Shown piece after piece: positions 1-10,650 of a DNA stretch of 35,394 nt. This stretch comes from a virus (lineage: Duplodnaviria; Heunggongvirae; Uroviricota; Caudoviricetes). Every line of letters starts with the position of its first letter. Position 1 is the stretch's first letter. The stretch lies in IMG/VR virus record IMGVR_UViG_2711768013_000020, one strand, 5' to 3'. The notes under the pieces were generated by a model that was given only the letters and a program-made list of their open reading frames with translations, did no database searches and was not told the origin of the DNA. The position numbers and the translations under genes were made by a program.

Positions 1-311
1 CGCCAGAGACGTGTTGCTGTGGCGACCGTCATCACTTCCGGTCAGCACATCGTGCGTTTTCCCCTTGTTGTCAGTTACGCGAAGATAATCCCCGGAGAAA
101 GTCGACACACGGCTGTAAGCCACACCCGCCATCGCATACGCGCTGAACCATTCATTCACGCGCACAGACGGCCCCGCCATTACGCTGAACCAGCGGTTAC
201 GAACGGAATCTTCATGCCAGCGGGTATCGCTGTAACGGGTCAGCTGGCGATTCTTGTCTCCTGCATAGCTGAATGACGTCACCAGCCCCAGTGTGTCCGT
301 AAACTCATAAC
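1..311 (-). CDS. lom: Outer membrane protein Lom (Ail/PagC family), internal fragment; N-terminus lost in the gap, C-terminus beyond the window start
   Basis: Minus-strand translation YEFTDTLGLVTSFSYAGDKNRQLTRYSDTRWHEDSVRNRWFSVMAGPSVRVNEWFSAYAMAGVAYSRV... resembles lambda Lom; position directly downstream of J as in lambda. Confidence 0.7.
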
Positions 312-332
312 NNNNNNNNNNNNNNNNNNNNN
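312..332. other. Assembly gap (21 N) spanning the J 3' end and lom 5' end
   Basis: Run of N in the sequence. Confidence 1.
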
Positions 333-3300
333 TTTTGGTCACAATCACCGTACAGTCGGTGATATTGCCTGCCCCCTGATTGCCTTTCTGGAAAATCTTA
401 AACTCCAGAGTGACGCTTCCCCTGCCACTCGGCATATCAATAACTGCACTGTAACTACCGGGAATGGCCCCTTTAGTTTCTCTGGATGCGATTAATACGC
501 CGTTTTTGCGAACTTCAAAACCATAACCCGTGTATCGCGTGCCTCCTGGGTTATTTCCGCTCCCCGGATCGTCATACGCTATACCGTTAAAAATAATGGG
601 CGGAATAATAATCTGGCGGTCAAAGTTATGATCATCGCTGATGGTGACTGTAACCGTACCGTTTGGTGTTTCCGTGTTACCCCACGTACCGACTTTTTTC
701 GGGAAGGCTTTTGATACAGCTTTAACGAAATCTCCTCTGACCTGGGTCGCCTCCAGCATGCCCTTAATCGTACAGTTCTGGTTAATCGTGACATTGTTGA
801 GCGTCCCTGAATTTGCATTCACATTACCGCTGATATCCGCATTTTTAGCGGTCAGCTTTCCGTCTGGTGTCAGGGAAAATGCCGGCGGATTTCCACCGCT
901 GGTAATGGTGGGAGCCGTCAGGCGTTTCAGGAACACGTCATTCATGAATATCTGGTTGCCCTGCGCCACAAACATCGGCGTTTCATTCCCGTTTGCCGGG
1001 TCAATAAACGCGATACGGTTAGCGGCAACCAGAAACTGGCTCAGTTTGCCTTCCTCCGTGTCCTCCATGCTGAGGCCAATACCCGCGACATAATGTTTGC
1101 CGTCTTTGGTCTGCTCAATTTTGACGCCCCACATGGCATTCCACTTATCGTTGGCGTCCTTCCACTCTTTCGAAAACTCCTCCAGTCTGCTGGCGTTATC
1201 CTCCGTCAGGTCGACTTTTTCCAGCAGCTCCTGGCCGAGATGGGATTCGGTTATCTGGCCTTTGAAAAAATCCAGGTAACCTTCCGCATCATCGCTCGCC
1301 CGACCGACAGCCTCCACGAATGCTGATTTGCCGACGGTGTTCACACTGCGGATATAAAAGTAATAATCATGGCCCGGCTTAATATTGATACTGGCGGCTA
1401 TCCAGTACAGCCCCGTGCCAAGGTAGCGGGCTGTGGTTTCAACCTGCCTGATATCCGCAATCCGTTTTTCCGAGAACCAGAACTCAAACTGTACCGTCGG
1501 GTCATAAACCGCAAGATGCGGCGTGGCGGTTATCTGAAAATAGCCCGGCGTCAGCTCAATCCGCGACGGCGCTGCCGGTGCGGCAATCCGGAACGATACC
1601 GACGCCGGATCGCCCTGCTGCCCCCACGCATTTACTGCCCGGACTGTCAGCCTGTAGTTCCCCAGAGCCAGTTGTGTGAAGCGGTAAGTGGTTTCCGTCG
1701 TCCGGGCCGTGCTGACCAGCCGCTCACGGCCGTCATCCGCTGCCACGGTCAGGCGAAGCAGGAAGCTCACGCCCTTCACCACCTTCGGCGTGTCCCAGCG
1801 GGCCAGCACCTGGTATTCCCCGCTGTCTGCGGTGACTTCTGCGGTCAGGTGCTGCACCGCTGGCGGCGTGACACCATTTACCGTGCCGCTCTGGTCGCCG
1901 TCAAAGTGCGCCCCGTTATCCACGATGGCCTCTTTTTCCGGTACATGCTGCACGGCAGTGATGGCATACGTGCCGTCGTCGTTCTCACGGATACTCACGC
2001 AGCGGAACAGGCGCTGGCGCAGCGTCGGCAGCTTCAGCCCCCATACGCTGTATTCAGCAACGCCGTCAGGAACACGGCTCACTTTCACCTTCACGCCGTC
2101 GGTGACGGACTGAACCTCCACGCTGACCGGACTCCCCTGCCCGTCAACCAGGCTTATCAGCGTGGTGCCGGAAGATGGCAGCGTGATTTCACGGTCGAGC
2201 GTCAGCGTCCGGGTCTGGCTGTTTACCGCCAGCACGCGCCCGCCGGTGCGGATACCGGCATAGTCATCATCGCAGATTTCAATGACATCGCCCGGTACAT
2301 GGCGAAGCCCTTCGGCACCCACGCTGAAGTCCACGGTCTGCGTTTCCAGCAGTTCTGTTTTAATCAGCCACAGCCCGGCGCGGTGTGCCTGCCCCCGGCT
2401 GGTACAGCCAAAAGCATCCATCTTCGTGACGTTACGACCGTAACGGGCAATGGCCTGCGTGTCCTCCACAAGCTCTGTCGCCGTCTCCCAGCCGTTATTC
2501 GGGTCAATCCAGTTCACCTCAACGGCATTATGGCGGTCCTTCAGGGCGCTGAAGCTGTAGCGGAACGGCGCGCCATCATCCGGCATCACCACATTACTGC
2601 GGTTATAGGTCCACACCTTATCTGATGGTCGGTCCTGCACGAACGTCAGCGTCTGCCCGTTCCATACCGGCATACAGCGCATCGCCGAGCAGAAATCACT
2701 GAGCACATCCCACGCCTTGCGCTGTGTGGTCAGGTACGCATTACAGGTGATGCGCGGCTCCGTGCCGCCAAAACCGTCCGGCACCGACTGATCGCAATGC
2801 TGGCCGATGACATACAGCGCCCATTTGTCCACATCCGCCGCACCAAGACGTTTCCCCATGCCGTAGCGCGGATGGGTCAGCATATCCCACAGACACCAGG
2901 CCATGTTGTTGCTGTATGCTGGCTTAAACGTTCCGTCCCAGATACCGCTGTATTGCCGCGTCTGCGGGTTATAGCTCGACGGCACCTGCAGAATGCGCCC
3001 GCGCAGATGATAATTACGGCTCACCTGCTGGCTGCCGAACTGCTCCGAATCCACCTGCACGCCGACCAGTGCCGTGTTCGGGTAGCACTGTTTCACATCG
3101 ATGATTTCGGTGTATGACGACCAGAGCGTTTTGTTCTGCAGCTGGTCTGTGGTGCTGTCTGGCGTCATCCTGCGCATCCGGATATTAAACGGGCGCGGCG
3201 GCAGGTTATCCACCACCACCGAGGCCAGATACTGCGAGGTGGTTTTGCCCTTAATGGTGATGTCTTTTTCCGTCACCCAGCCACCATTACGTTGTATCTG

Positions 3301-3717
3301 AACCAGCAGGCGGACTTCCGACGGATTCCTGTCCCCCTTTGAGGTGGTTTCCACCAGTGCCTGCACACCGAAGGTAAAGCGCAGACGGTCAATGTTTGCC
3401 GACGTGATGGTCCGGGTGATCGGCGTGTCGTATTTCACTTCCGTACCCAGTACCGTCTCGGAACCTGATGATTCAAATCCCTCCGGCGGTGTCTGTTCCT
3501 GCTCACCTGCCCGGAACACCACCGTGACACCAGAGATGTTGGTATTCCCCTCACTGTCCAGCACCGGTGTACTGTTCAGCAGCACGCTTTTTAATCCATC
3601 CACCGGACCTTCAACCGGCCCTTCGCTGATGGTATCGATCACACTCAGCAACTGCGTGGACTTCAGGTTGTCCTTTGCTTCGCGCGGGGTATGCCCCTTA
3701 CTGCTGCCTTTACCCAT
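333..3717 (-). CDS. J: Tail tip / host specificity protein J; last few C-terminal codons lost in the gap
   Basis: Minus-strand translation from ATG at 3717 begins [54 protein letters not shown], matching lambda J; open frame continues to the gap. Not in the ORF track only because the frame has no stop inside the window. Confidence 0.9.
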
Positions 3718-3777
3718 TCCTCACGCTCCATAAACGACAAAACCGCCCGCAGGCGGTTTCACATAAAACATTTTGCA

Positions 3778-4425
3778 TCAGCGACCAATCACCACAACCT
3801 GACCACCATCCCCTTCGTCTGCCGTGCTGATCTCCTGAGAAACCACACGTGACCCCACGCGCATTTCCCCGTACAGAACAGGCAGAACATTACCCTGGGC
3901 AACCATGTTATCCAGTGACGAGAAATACGTGTTCTGTTTGCCGTTATCTGTACTGGCTGCCGTGGGCGTCCTGGCTTTCGGTGCCAGCATCTGCGCCACT
4001 CCGCCCAGGATCATACTGGCCCCTGCCGCATACATGCCCGATACAGCCGCGGCCCCCAGCCAGCCCACAGGGTTCCACCATGCCACCGCAATCAGCGCCG
4101 CCCCAAGCACCACCTGAAACACACCGCCACTTTTAGCTCCCGCCAGACGCGGCACGATGTGGATCACGGCACCATTTGCCAGCGGCTCATTAAGACGGGC
4201 AGATAATTCATTTTCGCCTGCATCACGCCCGGCAATGCGCACCTGATACCAGCCCTCATTCAGTTTCTGACGAAACGCCGGGATCTGCATGGCCAGCGCC
4301 CGGATGGCTTCGGACCCCGTTTTCACTCGAAGGTCGATGCGGCGGCCAAATCGTTGTAAATCCCCGTAAAGGCAGATGCGTGCCATGCCCGGTGACGCCA
4401 GAGGGAGTGTGTGCGTCGCTGCCAT
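3778..4425 (-). CDS. I: Tail assembly protein I
   Basis: 215-aa ORF, MAATHTLPLASPGMARICLYGDLQRFGRRIDLRVKTG... and C-terminal ...NVLPVLYGEMRVGSRVVSQEISTADEGDGGQVVVIGR match lambda I. Confidence 0.9.
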   Translation of the reverse strand: MAATHTLPLASPGMARICLYGDLQRFGRRIDLRVKTGSEAIRALAMQIPAFRQKLNEGWYQVRIAGRDAGENELSARLNEPLANGAVIHIVPRLAGAKSGGVFQVVLGAALIAVAWWNPVGWLGAAAVSGMYAAGASMILGGVAQMLAPKARTPTAASTDNGKQNTYFSSLDNMVAQGNVLPVLYGEMRVGSRVVSQEISTADEGDGGQVVVIGR

Positions 4426-5066
4426 TTGTCGGTATACCTCTCTCGTTTGCTCAGTTGTTCAGGAATATGGTGCAGCAGCTCGCCGTCACCACAGTAAATG
4501 GCGGCATGATTCGGCACCGATGAACCAAAACAGCACAGCAGCACATCGCCCGGCTGCGCCGCTGACAACGGCACCTGATACAGCCCTGTAGCCTCCAGAT
4601 TATCCAGATAGAGATTCTGACCGTGACGCCACCAGTCATCCCCGCGATGAAAATCCGGCATCTCAATCCCCGCCAGATGGTAAGCATCCCGGAACAGCGT
4701 GTAACAGTCCGTCACCCCGTGCTCAAAGCGCCGCCCGGTAAGATGTGGCACACAGCGGAACTTGTGAATCGCCCCCCGGCAGACCAGCCACCACGGCAAA
4801 TCACTCTGCACCTGCAGCCGCCGGTCGGCCTCACTCAGCCAGGGCAGACCACCGGGGTGGCTGTGGACCAGCGCCACAATCTCACCCTGCATCTCTGCCC
4901 GCAGCCAGTCCTCCGGCGACATCCGGAAATACTCCTCCGGCTCACCGGAGATATTCACGCAGGGAAAATATCTTTCCCCCTCCGGTGTTCTCACCACGAA
5001 GCCGCACGACTCCGCTGGCGCACATCGCCGGGCGTGCGCCAGAATCGCTGATTCTGTCTCTGTCAT
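4323..5066 (-). CDS. K: Tail assembly protein K (JAB/MPN metalloprotease plus NlpC/P60-like domain); 3' end overlaps I by about 100 nt
   Basis: 247-aa ORF with HSHPGG (JAMM-type) motif and lambda K-like N-terminus MTETESAILAHARRCAPAESCGFVV. Confidence 0.8.
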   Translation of the reverse strand: MTETESAILAHARRCAPAESCGFVVRTPEGERYFPCVNISGEPEEYFRMSPEDWLRAEMQGEIVALVHSHPGGLPWLSEADRRLQVQSDLPWWLVCRGAIHKFRCVPHLTGRRFEHGVTDCYTLFRDAYHLAGIEMPDFHRGDDWWRHGQNLYLDNLEATGLYQVPLSAAQPGDVLLCCFGSSVPNHAAIYCGDGELLHHIPEQLSKRERYTDKWQRRTHSLWRHRAWHASAFTGIYNDLAAASTFE

Positions 5067-5071
5067 GGGAT

Positions 5072-5736
5072 TTACTGCGAAAGTTTGTTAATGGAAAGGA
5101 AGCCGCCAAAGTTGCCGACGTTATTGCGAAACTTACAGCCGCTCAGGCATTTGCTGCATTTATCCTTCGTGATATCGGACGTCGGCTGATCATATTCATC
5201 CGCGACCGCCGGACCGTGATAACCGCACTCATCGCCGCGATAGGTCCAGGTGCAGGTGTTGGCCAGCATGATGCGCCCCGGAAAAACAGCGCCATCCGTT
5301 TCCGTCGGCGTGGACAGTACAAANNNNNNNNNNNNNNNNNNNNNNNNNNNNNNNNNNNNNNNNNNNNNNNNNNNNNNNNNNNNNNNNNNNNNNNNNNNNN
5401 NNNNNNNNNNNNNNNNNNNNNNNNNNNNNNNNNNNNNNNNNNNNNNNNNNNNNNNNNNNNNNNNNNNNNNNNNNNNNNNNNNNNNNNNNNNNNNNNNNNN
5501 NNNNNNNNNNNNNNNNNNNNNNNNNNNNNNNNNNNNNNNNNNNNNNNNNNNNNNNNNNNNNNNNNNNNNNNNNGTCGCCCCTGCCAGGTGACCGGCTCAC
5601 CTTTTTCGTTCTGCTCATTACAGAAAAAATAACGTTCTCCACCGACCTCTGTCAGATCGATTTCCCAGAGCACCACCTGGGCTGACTGAGTGAGGCGTGT
5701 CGTCTCATGATGTGTTTCCTGTGGAATATCCTGCAT
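5072..5736 (-). CDS. L: Minor tail protein L, interrupted by a 250-N assembly gap (frame across the gap unknown)
   Basis: N-terminal part MQDIPQETHHETTRLTQSAQVVLWEIDLTEVGGERYFFCNEQNEKGEPVTWQGR (5575-5736) and C-terminal part ...CTWTYRGDECGYHGPAVADEYDQPTSDITKDKCSKCLSGCKFRNNVGNFGGFLSINKLSQ (5072-5269) both lambda L-like. Confidence 0.8.
5324..5573. other. Assembly gap (250 N) inside gene L
   Basis: Run of N. Confidence 1.
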
Positions 5737-5745
5737 CAGAGACTC

Positions 5746-6075
5746 CTATGCCACGACCTGTTCAAAATCTGCCGTTATGGTTACCCACAACGCCCCCACG
5801 CTTGCCGACCATTTACGACAAACCACCCTGATCGGCTTCCAGTCATAAGGTGGCGTCCACTGAAATGCGCGGACGCCACCGTGCCGTTCCAGAAAGGCTT
5901 TTAAAGATGGGTGTTCACATTTACGAACACGTATCGTCACGCTGTAAGTCGACAACTGGTTATTCAGTCCCGCCGCACGACGCTGTTCATAACCATCGCC
6001 CAGCTTCACTGTCACCACTTTCGGCTCTGATACCACATTCATATCCGGGCGCACTTTCCAGTGAAACGTCTCCAT
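5746..6075 (-). CDS. M: Minor tail protein M
   Basis: 109-aa ORF, position between H and L, lambda M-like. Confidence 0.85.
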   Translation of the reverse strand: METFHWKVRPDMNVVSEPKVVTVKLGDGYEQRRAAGLNNQLSTYSVTIRVRKCEHPSLKAFLERHGGVRAFQWTPPYDWKPIRVVCRKWSASVGALWVTITADFEQVVA

Positions 6076-9000
6076 TACCGATATGCTCCACTTAACCGAC
6101 CACCATCACGGGCCTGCTGTTGCATAAAGTCCGCTGCCGCTTTTTTCCCAAGGTCATAAACCACCTTCAGGGCAGCCGGACCTATCTGCCCGTTCGTGCC
6201 ATCGTTATTGATCTCGATGTTGTACTGCGGGGCAAACATCGCCATACCTGAACCACCAATATCCGCCACAACCCCCAGCTTACCGTCAGCACCACGACGC
6301 AGTGGCAGAATGGCTTCAGGTCCCGCTTCCCCCATCACACCCGCGCCTTTTGCAAAAGCAAAAAACGTCGGACGGTTAACCACCGTGCCACTGTAACGAC
6401 TCAAATCAGCAGACTGATAAATCCCCCCATTGGCATTCAGGGAAAGGCTGCTGAGATCAAATCCCAGTACACTGCCAATCCCTTTTATCGATTTCATCAT
6501 GGTTGCCTGCGCCAGGATTTTCGCCATATCTGACAGCACAGAAGAGGTGAAGGATTTGAAATTGAGTTTGCCGGTAGTGACAAAAGTTGCCAGGCCATTT
6601 CCCATGTTGCTGAAGGCTGACGAGAACACCTGTTCTGCTGTTCCTGCCGTATTATCTGCATCCACGGTAAAATCCTGAAATGCACGCAGGACTCCGTTTT
6701 TCCAGTTACCCTGCACAACTTCAAGCTGTTGCCAGTAACGGCGATTCTCATTCAGTTGTCGGTTCAGGCTCTCCGTCAGCGCCTGCTCGGCCTTTCTGTA
6801 GTCATCCGTGTTATATGTTCCTTTCTGCTCACTATCCCGCCTCAACTGCTCCAGCTGTTGCTGGTATTTCTGGCGAAGACTCAGTTGTACCTGATATCGC
6901 TGCCGCTGCTGATCACCCATACCCACCGTGGCGATATCCAGGTCATGTTGCTGACGCTGAGCGCGCTCTTCTTCAGCCAGTTGACTGGTCAGCTGAATTG
7001 TTTTTTTCTTCAGCTCGTTGAGTGCCGTCTGTTTCTGAAGCTCCTGCTGTTTTACATCCAGCAGCGTCAGTGCCTGAATCAGTTCATCTTTACGGGCCAG
7101 CACACTCTTTTCATCTGCCGTCAGTTTTTTCCCGTCCAGGTCGCTGATGCGCTGCTGCAGAGCCAGAAGCTGTTTATGCGCTTCTGTCATCCTTTCCGTG
7201 GCAATGCCTGCTGACTGTCTGGCAGCAGCAATCTGTCCTTCCACCTGTGCCTGTTGCTGACTGTACTGCAGCAATAACCGGGTGGCCTCATCATTACGGG
7301 GTTCGCGTGTTTTTTTCTTACCGGATGCCAGGGCTTTCTCGTAACGTTCATTTTCACGTTGTATCGCCGCATCCCTGACAGCCTGATCGGCGTACTGCAT
7401 GGAATTAATACGCGCAATTTCACGCTGATGTCGTGCTGCTTCCGTTTCATTCATCCGGTTCAGTGCAGCATTTTCAGCATTACGGCGTTTCTGTTGCTCC
7501 TGATAATTCCGCTCTGCCTGCTCTTTTGCATCCTGCAAATCCTTCTGGCGTTTTTTCTCCTGAAGCTCGTTAAGACGCTGCTGATCGTACTCAACCTGAG
7601 AAGATGATGCCGTCCAGGGGAGTCTTTTCGCCCGCGACACTTTCTCCTGTAAAGCGGAAATCTGTTCATCCAGCGAGTCTTCACGACCAATATTCATGGC
7701 CGCATCCCAGAAACGACTCCATAAATCAGACAGATACTTCAGCGTACTGCCCAGCGCATTGAGGTTATTATCAATATCCGCAGTACGCCGACCGGTTTCC
7801 TCTGCCAGTGCAGACATGGCTATCCGTGCCGCATCACTGGACCGCCCCTGTTCCCCAAGGACGCGTATCTGCTCAAGCTGAGTGGCAGTAAGAAAATGCA
7901 GCTCATTGTCCAGAGCCTTCGCGGCATTTACAGGATCATCCTTCAGCCGCTTAAACTGATTTATGGTATCGCTGACCGACTGGCCAACCGATCGCTCCAT
8001 CTGTGCGGCAGCTCTCGCCACCATACCGATATCGTTTCCACGAAATGCACCACTCCCCACCACCTGAGCCAGCGCACCGGCTGCAGCATGTTGCGTAATA
8101 CCATTCCCGGAAATAGCACGACTGAGCGTCCACAGCTGCCCGGCAGTGACTCCGGCATAATGCCCCGTCAGCGACAACTGGCGGTTAAATTCTTCCCCCT
8201 CCTTCTGACCGTCATACCAGGCTTTACCCAGACCATAGACAGCCGCGGCAATACCGCCAATAACCCCGCCCAGCATCATGCCTTTCGGTGACATCAGTGT
8301 GTCTATCCATCCGGCACGGTTAGCCAGCGTTATTCCGGACCCCCTCAGCGCCCCTAAATTGCCGCGGGCCAGTTCACCTATCAGAACGCCTATCTCCTGG
8401 CGGGCTGCTGCACTTTTCAGACCCAGCGAATGCGTGGCTTTTCCTGCCTGCTCCATTTTGCGGATATACACTTCTGCAGCACTGCTTACCCCCAGCTGGG
8501 CAGCCTTAGCACGAAGCAACTCAGAAGATGAAAGATTCTGGCGGGTTGCCTGCTCTTTAAGCTGACGGATAAACGCCACTTTCTGTCGGGTAGCCTCTTC
8601 CTCAGCCTGTGTAAGAACACGGGTTTTCGCCGTAACCTCAGAAATCAGCGCCAGATAATCCTGCTGACCAATCCCGCCACTGTTTCTGGCCTGTCGGATC
8701 TGCTGCTGAATACGCTGTAATTCCTGCAGCCCCGCACTGGCCTGTTTCACACTGTCAATCTGACGATAAAACGCAGCAGCCGCTTTATCCTGAGCCTCCG
8801 CCAGAGCCATGGCCTGCGCCTGTTCCTCGCGCATTTTCTGGCTCAGTGCCTCCATGCGCTGGCGGGTTTTCTCCACCTCGCGGGACATGCGTTCATGAGC
8901 CTGTGCGTTCTTCTCCACCGTCTGCGCATGGACGGATGCGGCTGTTGCAGCCGAAGAAGCCGCCTGCGTTGTCTGCCGGGCGGCCTGAGTCTGACGCTCC

Positions 9001-9140
9001 ATAAAACGCTGCATACGGGCAGAAGACCGTTCTGCATCGCTGGCTGCACCATTCAGAAGGTTTTTGATACGGGGAATTTCATTTTTAAACTCTGCCGCAT
9101 CAATCCCCAAATCAATGACCAGGTTGGCTATCTGGTCCAT
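6075..9140 (-). CDS. H: Tail tape measure protein H
   Basis: About 1020 aa, coiled-coil-rich, C-terminus ...NNDGTNGQIGPAALKVVYDLGKKAAADFMQQQARDGGRLSGAYR lambda H-like; start at ATG 9140 (MDQIANLVIDL) preceded by GGAGGTG. Confidence 0.9.
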   Translation of the reverse strand: MDQIANLVIDLGIDAAEFKNEIPRIKNLLNGAASDAERSSARMQRFMERQTQAARQTTQAASSAATAASVHAQTVEKNAQAHERMSREVEKTRQRMEALSQKMREEQAQAMALAEAQDKAAAAFYRQIDSVKQASAGLQELQRIQQQIRQARNSGGIGQQDYLALISEVTAKTRVLTQAEEEATRQKVAFIRQLKEQATRQNLSSSELLRAKAAQLGVSSAAEVYIRKMEQAGKATHSLGLKSAAARQEIGVLIGELARGNLGALRGSGITLANRAGWIDTLMSPKGMMLGGVIGGIAAAVYGLGKAWYDGQKEGEEFNRQLSLTGHYAGVTAGQLWTLSRAISGNGITQHAAAGALAQVVGSGAFRGNDIGMVARAAAQMERSVGQSVSDTINQFKRLKDDPVNAAKALDNELHFLTATQLEQIRVLGEQGRSSDAARIAMSALAEETGRRTADIDNNLNALGSTLKYLSDLWSRFWDAAMNIGREDSLDEQISALQEKVSRAKRLPWTASSSQVEYDQQRLNELQEKKRQKDLQDAKEQAERNYQEQQKRRNAENAALNRMNETEAARHQREIARINSMQYADQAVRDAAIQRENERYEKALASGKKKTREPRNDEATRLLLQYSQQQAQVEGQIAAARQSAGIATERMTEAHKQLLALQQRISDLDGKKLTADEKSVLARKDELIQALTLLDVKQQELQKQTALNELKKKTIQLTSQLAEEERAQRQQHDLDIATVGMGDQQRQRYQVQLSLRQKYQQQLEQLRRDSEQKGTYNTDDYRKAEQALTESLNRQLNENRRYWQQLEVVQGNWKNGVLRAFQDFTVDADNTAGTAEQVFSSAFSNMGNGLATFVTTGKLNFKSFTSSVLSDMAKILAQATMMKSIKGIGSVLGFDLSSLSLNANGGIYQSADLSRYSGTVVNRPTFFAFAKGAGVMGEAGPEAILPLRRGADGKLGVVADIGGSGMAMFAPQYNIEINNDGTNGQIGPAALKVVYDLGKKAAADFMQQQARDGGRLSGAYR

Positions 9141-9441
9141 AACGCACACCTCCGGAAATACCTTCCCCAAGATGCATCAGTTCTTCGTCCGTTCGCTCCG
9201 GTATCCCGTTCTCTTCCGGTAAAAGGCTGAAATCAGCCACCGCAGCATCACTGCTGCCGGACACCATTCTCACGATCAATGCCTTCAGCGAGGCAAACTG
9301 CGCATCCATCCACACATCACTGAAGCTCTGCATCCGGAAATAATCGCCCCACTGACCAAGCTCAGTGGCCGACATTTCCGACAGCATCCGCCGCCAGTCT
9401 GCCCGCCGGAACTCCCGGGCAAGCCGCATGACAAACTGCAT
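9112..9441 (-). CDS. T: T portion of the G-T tail assembly chaperone, expected to be expressed by -1 frameshift from G
   Basis: ORF in the -1 frame relative to G, overlapping the G 3' end; fixed position between G and H. Confidence 0.7.
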   Translation of the reverse strand: MQFVMRLAREFRRADWRRMLSEMSATELGQWGDYFRMQSFSDVWMDAQFASLKALIVRMVSGSSDAAVADFSLLPEENGIPERTDEELMHLGEGISGGVRYGPDSQPGH

Positions 9442-9449
9442 TTCCCGCG

Positions 9450-9839
9450 TCAGGACTTTTCCGGCGTCAGCCCCTCATGCTCCAAATCCCCGGCATTATC
9501 AATGGCCCCCATACCGCTCAGCGACAGAACCATCTCCGCCCCCGCACCCAGGGCATCATACGACCATGTTGTAATAACGGATGCGTAAAGCGTCTCAACA
9601 TCCTGAGACTGTTCCGCATTCCACAGTGAGCGGGAAACCAGCCAGGCATTGATATCCATCCCCATCCGCAGAAAAGCAATCTGTCGTTCAGCCTCCGGCA
9701 GTTCTCCCTCCCCGGCATCAAACTTTGCCGTTCGCTGCTGAACAAACGTCAGATATTCAATTCTCTGCAGCCCGGACAGCTCACTGAGCACCACGGACTG
9801 TTTTTCATAATTAAACGTGTCCTGTTTCAGAAACATCAT
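9450..9839 (-). CDS. G: Tail assembly chaperone G
   Basis: Start MMFLKQDTFNYEKQSVVLSELSGLQRIEYL preceded by GGTGGAG; lambda G-like; position between V and T. Confidence 0.8.
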   Translation of the reverse strand: MMFLKQDTFNYEKQSVVLSELSGLQRIEYLTFVQQRTAKFDAGEGELPEAERQIAFLRMGMDINAWLVSRSLWNAEQSQDVETLYASVITTWSYDALGAGAEMVLSLSGMGAIDNAGDLEHEGLTPEKS

Positions 9840-9896
9840 GTTCTCCACCTGTAAAAAAGCCCCGAATAACCGGGGCAAATGATGAGTATCGTCCTG

Positions 9897-10640
9897 TTAA
9901 CCTGCTGCGCTGACAGTCACCGTAGCCACTGCCACAAAATTCCCGTCAGCGGTCATGCCCACAATGCTGACACTGCCCTGCTTCACGCCTTTCACCGTGG
10001 CCACAAGCCCGTTCAGGGTCACCGTGGCAGTCTGTGGATCTGTCGAATGCACACTGATCGCTTTGTCACTGGCTCCGTCAGGTTTTACTGTAAAGGTCAG
10101 CGTGGTGGTTGCTCCCACTTTTACACTGGCAGATGCCGGTGCCACCGTCAGCCCGGTAACGCTCACTGTTTCAGTGCCTTCCTCTGCCAGATACGGACGC
10201 CCCACACCGCTGATTTTCACTGTGCGGGTCATCACGTCTTTTGAGGCAATGGTTTTACCCAGTGAACTCAGCCAGCCACGGAAAACATCAACAGTACCGT
10301 TGGGATATTTGATACGAAACGCGCAGACTTCACCGGAGTCGAACAACTGAACCAGTTTTTTCTGCCCGCTGTCACCCGGACGCCAGGCCAGCGTCGCCGA
10401 AGTATCACCAACGGATTTCTGCCCCTGGGTTGTCGTTTTCCAGTCTGCATCTTCATCATCGAGATAAGTGTCATCTTCTGCATCAGCGGTCATTTCGCCA
10501 GGTTGCAGATCCTTCACCATCGCAAGACGCAGCCAGTCAGTGTCCGATAAAGGGTTCGCAAACGCATCGCCCTTGCCGGTATACATCCAGAACGTCGTTC
10601 CCGCACCTTTCGTTTTTGCCAGTGGATTTGGTGTGGTCAT
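9897..10640 (-). CDS. V: Major tail protein V with C-terminal Ig-like domain
   Basis: From ATG 10640 (MTTPNPLAKTKGAGTTFWMYTGKGD...), strong RBS AAGGAGGTGG; lambda V-like including the threonine/valine-rich Ig-like C-terminus. Confidence 0.9.
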   Translation of the reverse strand: MTTPNPLAKTKGAGTTFWMYTGKGDAFANPLSDTDWLRLAMVKDLQPGEMTADAEDDTYLDDEDADWKTTTQGQKSVGDTSATLAWRPGDSGQKKLVQLFDSGEVCAFRIKYPNGTVDVFRGWLSSLGKTIASKDVMTRTVKISGVGRPYLAEEGTETVSVTGLTVAPASASVKVGATTTLTFTVKPDGASDKAISVHSTDPQTATVTLNGLVATVKGVKQGSVSIVGMTADGNFVAVATVTVSAAG

Positions 10641-10650
10641 TACCACCTCC

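Noticed and set aside
641-3733. Plus-strand ORFs in the ORF track (641-1093, 1369-2625 at 418 aa, 2797-3117, 3344-3733)
   Set aside because: They are antisense to the J gene; the translations are Arg/Pro/His-rich and low-complexity, as expected for the reverse strand of a GC-rich coding region.
6196-9052. Many short ORFs on both strands inside the tape measure gene (for example 6729-7214 +, 7896-8291 +, 8843-9052 -)
   Set aside because: Overlap the long, lambda H-like minus-strand ORF in other frames; composition-driven.
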